Shown: positions 49,337 to 60,172 of the stretch, piece by piece
How the letters are laid out: each line of letters opens with the position of its first letter
Numbering within the stretch: the first letter of the stretch is position 1
NCBI GenBank assembly: GCA_036337435.1
Contig: JAYZEG010000010.1
Span: forward strand, 52,493-116,492
From: Myxococcota bacterium
Lineage (GTDB): Bacteria; Myxococcota_A; Bradymonadia; UBA7976; UBA1532
Direction: 5' to 3'
DNA: 64,000 bases
The notes under the pieces: generated by a model
Told to the model about the DNA's origin: nothing
Database searches by the model: none
Seen by the model: the letters and a program-made list of their open reading frames with translations, nothing else
Made by a program: the position numbers and the translations under genes

Positions 49337-50287
49337 TCAATGGAGGGTGGCATCGTGACAATCACCGCCGTCGAGGGTGACCTCTAGTTTGGGCGGCATT
49401 TGGCAAACGTCCACGTATTTATGGAGGAGCTGAACGGTCTTTAGCATGTGTGTGATGAAGATATCAGCAAGACGACCACGCTCGCCATTTACGTTGTAGT
49501 AGCCGTAAATAAAGTCGCGCACGTTTGAGTCATACATGCCGCATCGAATGGTCGATTTCACACTGGCCAGAACAAGTGCTGGAATGATATCGACAGCCCC
49601 TCTTGACCGGGCCATTCCTAAATAGGGAACACGCGGCTCAGTTCTCGAGTACACCGTGGCACGAGCGCATAAACCCCGAGCTGTATCATCTAGAGCCAGG
49701 CGTCGGGCTTGGACCGACGCGACTTGCAACGCTTTGAAGAAATCTGTCGCGTACTGCCCCCAGGGCCGAATCTTGCCGTCCATTAAATCTCGAAGCTTAC
49801 CCGGATTCAGAATGGTAATGGGTGAGACCATATTCAAAAAGCGGATGTAGTCATTGCCAGTGATGGAGTAAAAATCGCTGGTTTCGCTTCTATAAGCCAC
49901 TCGATTCAAGGATTCCGTCAGGTGGTCTGCTTGCTCTAGTGGCTCGTCATTTGCCTCGGCCCAATCCCAGTCGGCCCCGTTACCGAGAGCCATATCGAGG
50001 ACGTTTTCGAAATCCTCAATGGTGTTATTGAAAACAGCCGTGGAGCCGATATATACGATCAAGGCACCGATGGCCCAAACCGTGACAGAGATCGCCGGCA
50101 GTGCGATAACATCCGCCTTCATTCGCATCATCTGGTCAGACGCCCTGGGCTCGGGTGGCCCGCTGGTATCATCGAGGAATCCACTGAGCTCTGGACTCGT
50201 AATTTCGATCGGTGGATCACTGCAGCCCATAGGACAAATCACCAGCAACAGTGCCAAGACAAACGCCAGGCTCTGATGAAAAATCAT
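49337..50287 (-). CDS. Hypothetical lipoprotein with internal hydrophobic helix
   Basis: Signal ending PMGC; second hydrophobic segment VIALPAISVTVWAIGALIVYIG. Confidence 0.72.
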   Translation of the reverse strand: MIFHQSLAFVLALLLVICPMGCSDPPIEITSPELSGFLDDTSGPPEPRASDQMMRMKADVIALPAISVTVWAIGALIVYIGSTAVFNNTIEDFENVLDMALGNGADWDWAEANDEPLEQADHLTESLNRVAYRSETSDFYSITGNDYIRFLNMVSPITILNPGKLRDLMDGKIRPWGQYATDFFKALQVASVQARRLALDDTARGLCARATVYSRTEPRVPYLGMARSRGAVDIIPALVLASVKSTIRCGMYDSNVRDFIYGYYNVNGERGRLADIFITHMLKTVQLLHKYVDVCQMPPKLEVTLDGGDCHDATLH

Positions 50288-50635
50288 GGTGTAGCGCGGG
50301 CGTTGTTGCACAAAAAGCACCTTTCAAACATCACTGAAGCGGCTCGACGCGGACCCTGATTATAGCTCTTTTTAGACGAAAAAATGAAGCTAAAAGGCAC
50401 AGCAGGCAGCGAACGGTTGTCCCGTTTCAGCCAAAACAGCGGCAAATACTGTTCAAATTGCCAAACCCAACTGAAGGTTGATGGGATGCATTAGCCCAAC
50501 GCAATTTCCTCGTTTAACAGCCTATGAGTTGACCGAAAGGCCATCATTCTGCAGTGCAGACCGAGTACCGAGAATTCATCTGGCAATGGATTGGTTGACC
50601 GCCTTCGGACAAGATCAGATCCGCGTCCAGCAAGA

Positions 50636-51514
50636 TTAATCACACCCAAAAATCTGAGTGTCATCCGCTGGCGCGTTGGGGCGCAGTTGACCATCGACAA
50701 TTTGAAGGTATTGACCCTGACGATTGGCCGAACCACTCGCGGTCTCAGGGTAGAGACAACTGTAGTCGATATCACCGAGTCCCTGAGGCGCGGTGTCGGC
50801 CAGGTAGCTCATACCACGGGGTCCCATGAAGGATGACTGGGCGATCATAAACCGACCATCTTCAGACCAGGCCCGAGCCATCAGCATATTCACATCTTCC
50901 ACCCTTGGGAGAGCAATCGCTGGCGCAAGTTGCTGCAGAGTCTGAGCATCGAGAAAGGTCAGTTGACCATCACGGCCCTGGCAGGTCACACTCATCTCTA
51001 GTTTGGCCAAGACGGTTCCGTCTGGACTGGGGATGACCGTCAGTACATCACCCGTCGTCGTCGCCGACCGGCCCCCATCGCAAGAAATCATGCTGAGGTA
51101 CTGTCGTTGGCCAAGGGAAGTAACCTCGCCGTCTAAGGTCACCTTGTAGGCTGTATAATTCGCGGATTCATTAGCCCCCTCATCGAGGTCAGGTAATTTC
51201 TCTTTCCGATGAATGATGGCGTAGTCTTGCAAGCTGCTTAAATAAAGAGAATGAGTCCATCCGGGCGCCCTGGGCAAGATGACCCGCGGCAACACGTCGT
51301 CACTGATTCTAGGAAAGTAGTAAATAACCGTCTCCATATTGCGCTTTCGCATATGAGTCGGCGTGTCATTACCCTCGTAGAACTGGTATACGCCCAGTGC
51401 CGCCGAACCATCATCGGACCAAATCCCTTGGCTGTCCCAATTCTCCATCTCGTTCCAGCCACAGCCGACAAGACAGAAAAGTGTAACGAGCGGCGTCATG
51501 AGTTTAAGCACCAT
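50636..51514 (-). CDS. Hypothetical lipoprotein (beta-propeller-like)
   Basis: Lipobox LVGC; WSDDG, PSPDG and WSEDG blade-like motifs; RBS GGAG. Confidence 0.8.
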   Translation of the reverse strand: MVLKLMTPLVTLFCLVGCGWNEMENWDSQGIWSDDGSAALGVYQFYEGNDTPTHMRKRNMETVIYYFPRISDDVLPRVILPRAPGWTHSLYLSSLQDYAIIHRKEKLPDLDEGANESANYTAYKVTLDGEVTSLGQRQYLSMISCDGGRSATTTGDVLTVIPSPDGTVLAKLEMSVTCQGRDGQLTFLDAQTLQQLAPAIALPRVEDVNMLMARAWSEDGRFMIAQSSFMGPRGMSYLADTAPQGLGDIDYSCLYPETASGSANRQGQYLQIVDGQLRPNAPADDTQIFGCD

Positions 51515-51739
51515 CGTTTGTCTCCAAATAGACCGCTAACAATCATCCAAATTGCACGGCCAGTGTTACCGGATCCACGGTCACTGATCATAGCAAAATC
51601 AGAGCAGCTCCACGATTCGAGCCAAAATTAGGCTTTGATCGGTCCATTTTCAAATCGTGGACATGGCCTCTCGATGTCCGTTAGGGTGACACAAGGTTTT
51701 CACCTTTAGACACGGGATATAAATCTGGGAGGATTTGAG

Positions 51740-53488
51740 ATGAGATGGACCCCAATACTCGCGCTGACATCACTGATGCTCAGCAGCCACGTCGCATTGG
51801 CTTGCGGCGGGATGTTTTGTGATGCGACCACCCCGGTCAATCAGGCAGCAGAGCGCATTCTCTTTGCCGAAACCGACGACGGGCTAGAAATGCACGTGCG
51901 GATTACATACGCGGGCCCACCCACCGAGTTTGGCTGGTTATTGCCCGTGCCCCGAGACGTCCAGTATGAATTGGGTAGCGAAGCACTTTTCAACCAACTC
52001 GATAATCAATATGCACCTATTTTTAACCTGATTACCGAATTTATCGGAGATTGTGATTTTCCGGCGGCTGCGAATGACAGCGGTTTCGCCGAAGGTGGTG
52101 CTGGTGGCGCTGGCGGCGGAGGAGGCGGCATTCAAGTGCTCGCGAGGGAGCCGGTCGGTCCCTACGACCTCGCCGTCTTGCTGCCATCGACAGTCGATGA
52201 TTTACGAACATGGCTCGAGTCAAATGAGTACCAAATTCCAGATCAAATCGATGAGAAGTTGACCCCGTACATCGAAATGGATGCGGCGTTTATCGCCTTG
52301 AAGCTCCTTCCATCAAGTGGGGAAGGTGACATCCAACCTTTAAGCATGCGTTTTGCGGGCGATATTCCGTCCATTCCAATCATACCCACCTCGGTTGCCG
52401 CTGATCCCGATATGGGGATGCTTGTCCATTTACTCGGTCGAAGCCGCGCTGTGCCCACGAACTATCGACATGTTGAGATCAATGAAGCCGCACTGGACTG
52501 GTTTAATTCCGGCTCGAATTACGCCGATGTCGTCAGCCAGGCCATCGATGAAGCGGGCGGGCAGGCTTTTACCACTGACTTCGCTGGACAAGTCCGAGAC
52601 CGGCAACCCTTGTTCATCGCTGATTTGAATCGTCTTGAGAGTATCGATGAACTCAATTTCTCGCTCTTGTCCGATGAGGACTATCGAACCGGTTTGAGAG
52701 CCTTCGTCACACTCCCAGAGAATATTACCTTCGACGAGTTTTCAAATTGCATTTTCTGCTATGACGATCAAATTAATGCCGGAGAAATCGCAATTGATTT
52801 AGATGGTTATCGGCAGGCGATTCGCGATGAAATCAATCCTCGGCGAAGCGCGATCAATGCCCTTTTTGCAAGAAACCCTTACCTGACTCGTTTATACAGC
52901 ACCATGAGTGCTGATGAGATGACCGTCGATCCCGCCTTTGGCTTTAATGCCGATCTTGAGGATGTCGATAATCTAAGGACACCCACACAATATATTCGCT
53001 GCGAGGAGGGCGGGTTTGGGGACCAAGCGACCGTCATTCGCGGTCCGTCGGGCGTGACATTCACAAGTAACCAAAGTCTCATTCGCCGTATGGACGGTGA
53101 GACGGTTCGCGGTATGGACGTACCGGGCGCACGACTTATTGAACAATACCGCCCGGCCGGCCAACCCACGCTGCTCGAAGACAAACGAGAACAAATCGCA
53201 GAGGTCGCGATTCCTGGTCAAGGCACCGGTGGCACTGGCGGTGCAGCGGGTGCCGGTGGCGCAGGCGGTGGTGCGGGATTTGTTGGTCTAAACGGAAATG
53301 GATGGGACGGAATTGGCGCATCATCGGATGGTGGAAACGACTCGGGCGGTTGCGCATGCGATGTCGGCCAACAACAGTCCACCAGCGGCTTATTTCTAGT
53401 CGGGCTAATGATGTTCGGCATGCTCCGGCGACGTCGCGGGCATTCAAAGTCAGCCCGGCCCGAAGGGGATGTGACCGTCAAGCGGTAG
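51740..53488 (+). CDS. DUF2330-domain protein with MYXO-CTERM-like tail
   Basis: ACGGMFC...VNQAAERILF, FGWLLPVP, VGPYD, YLTRLYSTMS; C-terminal GGCAC, TM, RRRR. Confidence 0.88.
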   Translation: MRWTPILALTSLMLSSHVALACGGMFCDATTPVNQAAERILFAETDDGLEMHVRITYAGPPTEFGWLLPVPRDVQYELGSEALFNQLDNQYAPIFNLITEFIGDCDFPAAANDSGFAEGGAGGAGGGGGGIQVLAREPVGPYDLAVLLPSTVDDLRTWLESNEYQIPDQIDEKLTPYIEMDAAFIALKLLPSSGEGDIQPLSMRFAGDIPSIPIIPTSVAADPDMGMLVHLLGRSRAVPTNYRHVEINEAALDWFNSGSNYADVVSQAIDEAGGQAFTTDFAGQVRDRQPLFIADLNRLESIDELNFSLLSDEDYRTGLRAFVTLPENITFDEFSNCIFCYDDQINAGEIAIDLDGYRQAIRDEINPRRSAINALFARNPYLTRLYSTMSADEMTVDPAFGFNADLEDVDNLRTPTQYIRCEEGGFGDQATVIRGPSGVTFTSNQSLIRRMDGETVRGMDVPGARLIEQYRPAGQPTLLEDKREQIAEVAIPGQGTGGTGGAAGAGGAGGGAGFVGLNGNGWDGIGASSDGGNDSGGCACDVGQQQSTSGLFLVGLMMFGMLRRRRGHSKSARPEGDVTVKR

Positions 53489-55104
53489 GCGGCCCGATTG
53501 TCGATTCCAAAGCTGTCGACAAACAAATAGATGGTCTCGTTAGCCTCCAGTTCAAATTCAATCCGGCTAAAACGTCCGAGTTCGAAAATATCATCGTTAC
53601 ATGCGATCTCGACTTGGGCACCACCGACGCCGCATTGCCGCCTGGCCCATATGATCGTATCCCCCCTCTCGCCACTGGTCTCAAAACGATACAACCGTCT
53701 CTGAGGTGCAGTGAAACTAAACAAATCATTGAAGCCGGTCGACCCTGGACACGTTCCCACACCATGACGTTCTAGGGGCGGTTCCCGACGGGACAAATCG
53801 CCTTGATAGAGCCAGCTTTCATCTTGTTGCACAAATGCGTTTAGGTCGATGACGGACCAGCCCGCCGGACAATTTGAACCAGCGGGATGACATGCTGGTT
53901 CAGGGTTTTGCAGCGGATCACGAATGAAACACTCTGTACCTGGTGGACAAACGGAGCGTGCCCCAACCCGATCACATTGGTCTCCAACGTCCAGCATCCT
54001 CGGTCTATCGACCGGTATTCTAAGGAGATTGGACCGTCCACCCAACTGGTCATAGACTGCGACGTCCAGAGAGTCGACATCCCCCAATCGGTCAAATGGT
54101 ACATCGGATGGAAACTCAGCTATTCCAGTAAATTGAGACGGACCATCGGGCTCGTCGATCAGCTCAAACGCCAACCCCAATTGGATCAGATCACGGCGCC
54201 CTCGAACCGGAATCGTTTGGTGAGCTCCGTCATAAAATCGATAGATCAAACCGGTAAGCGGCACATTGCCGATGCGCCCCTGTAGGTCGACGCGAGTGGA
54301 CGCCGTATTGGGGTTCATCCAAGCGGCCGCCGAATCGAGTCGAGGTGGCTGCTGACGAAAAGCCCGAAGGGTGTAACCACCGGTTGTGGGAAATTGCCCG
54401 GAGCGAATACCGTCGACAAAAATATACACTGTCTGCTGGGCCGGTAGGTGAAGGCTCACAACGGCTTGAGGCTCACGCCTTGCATCGCAGGCAAGCTCGG
54501 TCTCTGGTAGGTCGCAGCTTGTTCTCACGTAGAGCACCGCGAATCCCAGCTGTGCGAAGGTCGCGCCATTCAATTGAACGGCATAATGACCGGCGATGGG
54601 TGCTGTGAACGAGTAGATGTGCTGGCCCGAGCCCCCGCCACATGATCCCTCCGTTCGGCTGGGCACATCATCGGTGGACCCGCTTGCCAACCAAACTCCG
54701 TCGTCAGCGGCTTCCAAGGGTCTCACACCCCATGCTTGTGGACACATGCGACCGTCGACTCGTTCGGGCATAGGCTCGGCATCAAGGTCCGCCTGCCCTT
54801 GATCGTTGGACACCGGGTTCAGCGCCATATCCTGGACGACCCCAATGTCTCGCGGCTCACTCTCTGAGTCGGCCGAGACCATGACGGCATCGACCGACTG
54901 TGTTGACCCGTCCCCCGAGTCGGGGTCGGCTGCAAAAGCGTCAAAAGCATCCAGACGGGCATCGTGCCCTGTGGTCATGAGGTCTGCCAGCAAGCCCACA
55001 TCGATCGCACTGTCGGTCTCGCCCTGGAGACTCACCTGAGGTCCCACATTTTGACTACACGACGCGACGGAGAGACATAGAATGATAAAACTCATTTTGG
55101 TCAT
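53218..55104 (-). CDS. Lipoprotein with two PPC-like beta-sandwich domains
   Basis: Lipobox VASC; two GSC/GTC...FTAP...ACD/ACNDD...YxFVD domains; last ~80 aa are antisense to the DUF2330 gene. Confidence 0.8.
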   Translation of the reverse strand: MTKMSFIILCLSVASCSQNVGPQVSLQGETDSAIDVGLLADLMTTGHDARLDAFDAFAADPDSGDGSTQSVDAVMVSADSESEPRDIGVVQDMALNPVSNDQGQADLDAEPMPERVDGRMCPQAWGVRPLEAADDGVWLASGSTDDVPSRTEGSCGGGSGQHIYSFTAPIAGHYAVQLNGATFAQLGFAVLYVRTSCDLPETELACDARREPQAVVSLHLPAQQTVYIFVDGIRSGQFPTTGGYTLRAFRQQPPRLDSAAAWMNPNTASTRVDLQGRIGNVPLTGLIYRFYDGAHQTIPVRGRRDLIQLGLAFELIDEPDGPSQFTGIAEFPSDVPFDRLGDVDSLDVAVYDQLGGRSNLLRIPVDRPRMLDVGDQCDRVGARSVCPPGTECFIRDPLQNPEPACHPAGSNCPAGWSVIDLNAFVQQDESWLYQGDLSRREPPLERHGVGTCPGSTGFNDLFSFTAPQRRLYRFETSGERGDTIIWARRQCGVGGAQVEIACNDDIFELGRFSRIEFELEANETIYLFVDSFGIDNRAAYRLTVTSPSGRADFECPRRRRSMPNIISPTRNKPLVDCCWPTSHAQPPESFPPSDDAPIPSHPFPFRPTNPAPPPAPPAPAAPPVPPVP

Positions 55105-55331
55105 GAATGGCACCAATCCGATGGGAAGCGAAGGCTCCATTTACTATACGCAAATGACTGAATTGGGCCAAAATTGAAACGGGAACGAGATAAAAAGCCA
55201 GGCCTAAAAGATGAGAAGCGGACCCATGAGATCGATCCCCTAGCCGATCGGAGCACGTCATATAGCTGACCGAGCCATCCCAGTGATGCAGGCGTTAGCT
55301 AGGTCAGTAAATGGACACTGTAGGTCACAGA

Positions 55332-56876
55332 CTAGCTGTCCGAATCATAGGTGATTCGGTAGGTCGTACACGCGTCGACGTTGGGCGCGGACACTCGAAC
55401 AACCACTCGAATGTCGTCTGGCCGTGCGGCGCGGTCATTGACGACTTGTTCGAATGAGGCCTCGCCACCGACCACGTCAAAACACTGCTCATTTGAACCA
55501 CAGGTCTCGTCCAAGTCTGGCTCACCGGCGGTTGGTAGGATGGAATCTTGGCTGAGTAGCCGAACACAGAAAGTCCACTCTTGGTTCGGGTCTGCCTCTG
55601 ACAAATTAACTCGGACAGTCATATCATTCCCGAGACTGAGGCGATTTCGCTCATTGACAACGAAGGTATAGTAGTCTTCATCATCGCCACCGGCAATTTG
55701 GCCCACAATACTCTGCGGCTCTGCTTCATCCTCCTGAATGGTCCCCAGTGGCGATGCGTTTCGGCATTCGCCATTGGACCGGTCTTGTTCCCATTGATCG
55801 GGCGCAATGTCTTCGTCTACGACCTCATCACAATCGTTATCGCGTCCATCGCACAACTCGGCAACAGGGTCGGCGTCTTCATCCACCGTGCCATCGCAGT
55901 CATTATCCAGGTTGTCACACGTCTCGTCGCTCGGTTCAACACCACCAACACAGGCACGCACACCGTTTTCACAGCTGAGCTGACCGACCATGCAGGCACC
56001 CACATCGTTGGAACAGGGGGCATCTAATTCAATGTCATCGACCCGTCCGTTACAGTCGTCATCAAGCCCATTACAATCCTCAGCGACGCTTCCCGGTATG
56101 GTTACAGGCATGCCTTCGCCATTCAGACAATCACCCCAATTCCCGGCATCGTCACAGGTCTGCGTTCCACGGGAGCATATGCCCACATCTGCTGAGCAAG
56201 GCTTAGTCTGGCCTGCCGCACACCCACAGCCCTCGTCGACAACCGAGTCGCAATCGTCGTCCAAGTCATTACCGCATTCCTCTTCAAGCGCACCCGCGGC
56301 ATTACATTCACCGAAAGAACCATCGACGCAAACTTCGGTCCCCACTGCGCAGTCGAGCTGACATTCGCGAAAGACATTTTCATCGGTACGACCATCGCAA
56401 TCATTGTCCTGGCCGTCACATGACTCCGCACTGCCCATGGGTGCATCGCAGCCCCCCCAGTCGCCATTGGTGCATGTCTCAACGCCGTCGCCGCAATCGC
56501 TCGAACACGCCCGTGTTAAAGTCTCGTCGGCACGACCATCACAGTCATTGTCCGCTCCATCGCAGAATTCATCGACAACGGGGGGTGCGTCGCAGCCAGC
56601 CCACTGACCATTTTGGCAGACCTCGTTGCCCATACCACAGGGCGTGCTACAAGGCCGTGCGCCCAGGCCTTCATCAACCAAACCGTCCTGATCATCATCA
56701 GCACCGTTGCAATCTTCTGCCGTGGCCGAACCACCGCCAGCGCCAGCACCACCACCGGCACCTCCAACACCGGCAGAACCGCCCGACCCACCGGCTGCAA
56801 TCGCAGCTGGCTCTTCGTCCCCGCCACAGCCAAATGCCAGTCCCAAAATCACCAATAATAGGATTCGTGTCCGCAT
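55332..56876 (-). CDS. Lipoprotein with MopE-type putative metal-binding repeats (E.C.G.DNDCDG..DE)
   Basis: Lipobox AFGC; Gly linker; seven repeats; C-terminal DEDYY beta domain. Confidence 0.88.
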   Translation of the reverse strand: MRTRILLLVILGLAFGCGGDEEPAAIAAGGSGGSAGVGGAGGGAGAGGGSATAEDCNGADDDQDGLVDEGLGARPCSTPCGMGNEVCQNGQWAGCDAPPVVDEFCDGADNDCDGRADETLTRACSSDCGDGVETCTNGDWGGCDAPMGSAESCDGQDNDCDGRTDENVFRECQLDCAVGTEVCVDGSFGECNAAGALEEECGNDLDDDCDSVVDEGCGCAAGQTKPCSADVGICSRGTQTCDDAGNWGDCLNGEGMPVTIPGSVAEDCNGLDDDCNGRVDDIELDAPCSNDVGACMVGQLSCENGVRACVGGVEPSDETCDNLDNDCDGTVDEDADPVAELCDGRDNDCDEVVDEDIAPDQWEQDRSNGECRNASPLGTIQEDEAEPQSIVGQIAGGDDEDYYTFVVNERNRLSLGNDMTVRVNLSEADPNQEWTFCVRLLSQDSILPTAGEPDLDETCGSNEQCFDVVGGEASFEQVVNDRAARPDDIRVVVRVSAPNVDACTTYRITYDSDS

Positions 56877-57146
56877 ATCTCACTCCCTGGTTGATGCCGA
56901 CTATATTGAACGGGTCAGCAAAGATGCACAACGAAATCCTCATCTAATGCCAATCGCGCTCGATTGGAAGAGTTTAAATCATCTTAGAGACAACATGACA
57001 CGCCCATCACCCCGTTTGAGATCGTGAAGGCAACGGCCGCGACGGAGTAACCATGCCAAGGAGTCCGGTCGGTTTAGGCTGCCCTCAAACTGAGTACGTG
57101 TCGAACAAAGGTTGGCGACTCCTGGGATTCACTCTATTGTTGGCCA

Positions 57147-57707
57147 ATGGGTATTCTCATCCCAAAACTATCGCGCCAGGTGGTCGTCAAGACCAAACTC
57201 GATGAGGCGACTGTGGTCGAGCGAATCGATTCGAATACGGAATGGCTTTCTCAACCACCTGCTCTAGTGAGACGTCGACTGCCCTATAAAGCCATCTGGT
57301 TACTGGAACTCGATGCACCGACAACAACGCGACCCCTCTACGGCTTTAGGTCTACGGAGAGCATCTATTTATACCGGGCTCCCGATCACGTTAAGTCTGC
57401 ATTTCAGCCCAATGCGGCGGTCTCATTTAAGACTTTTAATGGAGAGTGTGAGCTGCACTTAAACCTCATTCCATTCAAGCAAGCGGTCACCGTAGCACGA
57501 CTGACCAGTGGCACAGGTCTGTGTCTGGCCATGGTTGGACTCGCCCTGATCCCCAAGATGGGGATGATGGCCATTGGATTTACCGCCATTGCTCTCGCCA
57601 TTATTTTTCTGAATCGAATCTTTGCGAGTCTTTTTTTCAACGGAGAAGTCGACAACCTGGAAGAATGCATAAAGACGGTGGTCAGTAGGATTCCACCCAA
57701 AGGCTAG
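57147..57707 (+). CDS. Hypothetical membrane protein
   Basis: 186 aa with two C-terminal TM helices. Confidence 0.65.
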   Translation: MGILIPKLSRQVVVKTKLDEATVVERIDSNTEWLSQPPALVRRRLPYKAIWLLELDAPTTTRPLYGFRSTESIYLYRAPDHVKSAFQPNAAVSFKTFNGECELHLNLIPFKQAVTVARLTSGTGLCLAMVGLALIPKMGMMAIGFTAIALAIIFLNRIFASLFFNGEVDNLEECIKTVVSRIPPKG

Positions 57708-57904
57708 ATGCGAATCGATGCTAGGAAAGGAATGCTGTCTCGGCCGTCCAGGCACAATCAACCGAGTTGGTTATGCGGCGTCACATCTCTAGTCAGTGAC
57801 GGCCAAGACGGACTATCAGTACTCGTACTTTAGGGGAGATAGGGAAGGAACCGAGGGTGTCGGAGAGCGTTCGATAGACCCATCGCCGACACCCAATCGA
57901 TCAT

Positions 57905-60172
57905 TTATTCGCCCGCGTCTTCGGCTGGCTCTTCCTCGGCTGGCTCTTCCTCGGCTGGCTCTTCCTCAGATGGCTCTTCCTCAGATGGCTCTTCCTCGGC
58001 TGGCTCTTCTTCAGATGGCTCTTCCTCGGCTGGTGCCGGTGGCAAGATCACACTGTCGATGAGGTGGATGACACCGTTTTTAGCGAAGATGTCTGTTGCG
58101 ATGACTTCTGCGCCACCAACGACAACCTTGCCGTCAACCAATTCCAGGCTGATGGTCCCGCCGATGGTATCAACTGTGCTCATGCCACCCTCGATGGCTG
58201 CGACTACAGCGGCTGCTGGTAGACCGGCTTCGACGACGTGGTAGCTGAGAACGGAATCGCGAAGCGCTGGGTCAGCTGCAACCATCTCCAGGAGGCCCAT
58301 GTCGAGAGCTTCGAATGCGGCGTCGACCGGCAAGAAGACCGTCATTGGGCCTTCGGCACCGAGGATGCTTTGAACAGACTCAGACTCTGTCACCAATCCA
58401 ACAACTTGAGTCACATTGGACTCTTCAGCTGCAGCTGATGCTGCCGCCGCTTCGAGGATTGTCGGAAGGCCATTATTGCATGCATTTGCTGTGGCTTCAT
58501 TCGCTGAGATAGCGAAAGTGAGCGTTTCGTTACATGTGGTGTGTTGGCACACGACATCAAGAAGTGCAGGCTGAGCTTCACAAGTCTCCTTGCAGAGGGC
58601 CATGGATGCTGTCTCACTGGAGGTCATTTCCCACTCTGAAGCACCGTCCAAGCCTGGGCAGAGTGCAAGTCCACAAGCAACAAAGAAGTTACATGCCTCA
58701 GTGCAGTTGGTCTCTGTCTCACCGTCAACACAGGCTGGGGCCGCAATGGGCTCCTCAGGCTCACCAAACAGTGGGCTTGGCGTATCGATGCAGGTCACGA
58801 CGATGCCAGTGACAGCGTTTGCACGTACGGGTGTGGTGTAGCCAGAACCGAAGGCCCAGCTTGTTGCATTGGTGACACAAAGTGCGCCTTCTTTAACGAC
58901 GTTGACTGTATAGGTGCCTGCATCAACATTGAAGAATGCAGCCAGGCCAGAACGAGATGTAGCGTTCAAGCTTGGGTCGAGGAGAGCACCATTATTGTAG
59001 GCCGGAGCAATCTCTGAGCCTTCAATGCTAATGGCATAGCCATCGAGCAATTGGTTGTTCTCGTTTCGGACTGAGACAACAATGTGCCCCTTCTCGTCAT
59101 CGACGGTCACGCCTGCTGTTGCTGCAGCGAGAATGACGTCCTCTGCAGGTGACAACCAACCACCCCATGTCAGGTCAGCCGTCAATGTCTGGAATGTTCC
59201 GATGACCGTCAAGAAACCCTCTTTAGTGGCTTCAACGAGGTATTGAGTATCACCTGCAAGGGTGTGCTCAACGGTTCCGTCTTCGGCCGTTGTTGCGCAG
59301 TTTGAGTCAGCGTATGTGCCGTCCTCGTTAAGACCCGAGTATGCGCAAATTTCTGCACCAGCGACTGGCTCTGATGCAAGCAAGTCCGTGACGGTTCCAG
59401 ACGCGGTAACGGTCTCCTCTGTTGTGCAACGGATGAAGGTAAATGTGGCAAAACCTTCGAGTGCAGGAGCGCGAAATGTCGTCGAATCAGACCCGGGCCA
59501 GCCAAAATCTGGTGTACAGGAGCGCCCGCCAGCGTCGAATGAGAGTGTGTAATCGCCTGGTTCAACGTTCGCGATGAAACCATTGCCAGCACCTGAGGTC
59601 TCAGTGATCTCCTGTGTACCGATGGCAACGCCTGGCTCTTCCGCGATGGGAACGATGTAGTTGATTGGTTCACCGGCTTGTGGACCGTCATAACTGGCTG
59701 TAACGCCAGCGAGACCGCTCAGCAGGTCGTATCCGCCGTTACCGACATAGAAAGTCAAAATACTCTTGGTATCGTCGACACCGCCTGTCGCACCAGGCGC
59801 ACTGGCGACAAGAATATCGGCGATGGCCCGTGTCACAACCGTGAACGTACGCTCTGCCGTCGTGTCTTCGGCACCTGTAACAATTGGGAATGCGATTCGC
59901 GCATTGTCCTCACCGACAAAGGTGAAAATAACCTCAGAGTTGGCAGCAACACCCTCGAGAGTGAATGAACCGTCTTCGGCGGTCGTGGTACAATTCTCTG
60001 TTCCGTGAACACAGACTGTAAACGTCGAATTTGGTGTTCCGGCAATCCACTGAACCGCTGTTCCTGAATACGCGATGGTGTCCCCGCCATCGCTGCTACT
60101 TGAGCTATCATCTCCACAGGCAGCAAATGCCAGTGAGAGGCCCAAAATGGCTATCTTTACTAAATTTTTCAC
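57905..60172 (-). CDS. Lipoprotein with carboxypeptidase-regulatory-like beta domains, fasciclin (FAS1) domain and acidic tail
   Basis: Lipobox FAAC; FAS1 motifs TVFLPVDAAF, LSYHVV, NGVIHLIDSVILP; RBS AAGGAG. Confidence 0.9.
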   Translation of the reverse strand: MKNLVKIAILGLSLAFAACGDDSSSSSDGGDTIAYSGTAVQWIAGTPNSTFTVCVHGTENCTTTAEDGSFTLEGVAANSEVIFTFVGEDNARIAFPIVTGAEDTTAERTFTVVTRAIADILVASAPGATGGVDDTKSILTFYVGNGGYDLLSGLAGVTASYDGPQAGEPINYIVPIAEEPGVAIGTQEITETSGAGNGFIANVEPGDYTLSFDAGGRSCTPDFGWPGSDSTTFRAPALEGFATFTFIRCTTEETVTASGTVTDLLASEPVAGAEICAYSGLNEDGTYADSNCATTAEDGTVEHTLAGDTQYLVEATKEGFLTVIGTFQTLTADLTWGGWLSPAEDVILAAATAGVTVDDEKGHIVVSVRNENNQLLDGYAISIEGSEIAPAYNNGALLDPSLNATSRSGLAAFFNVDAGTYTVNVVKEGALCVTNATSWAFGSGYTTPVRANAVTGIVVTCIDTPSPLFGEPEEPIAAPACVDGETETNCTEACNFFVACGLALCPGLDGASEWEMTSSETASMALCKETCEAQPALLDVVCQHTTCNETLTFAISANEATANACNNGLPTILEAAAASAAAEESNVTQVVGLVTESESVQSILGAEGPMTVFLPVDAAFEALDMGLLEMVAADPALRDSVLSYHVVEAGLPAAAVVAAIEGGMSTVDTIGGTISLELVDGKVVVGGAEVIATDIFAKNGVIHLIDSVILPPAPAEEEPSEEEPAEEEPSEEEPSEEEPAEEEPAEEEPAEDAGE
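57921..58033 (-). repeat. 15-bp tandem repeat encoding (EEEP[A/S])x7
   Basis: tcggctggctcttcc / tcagatggctcttcc units. Confidence 0.9.
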
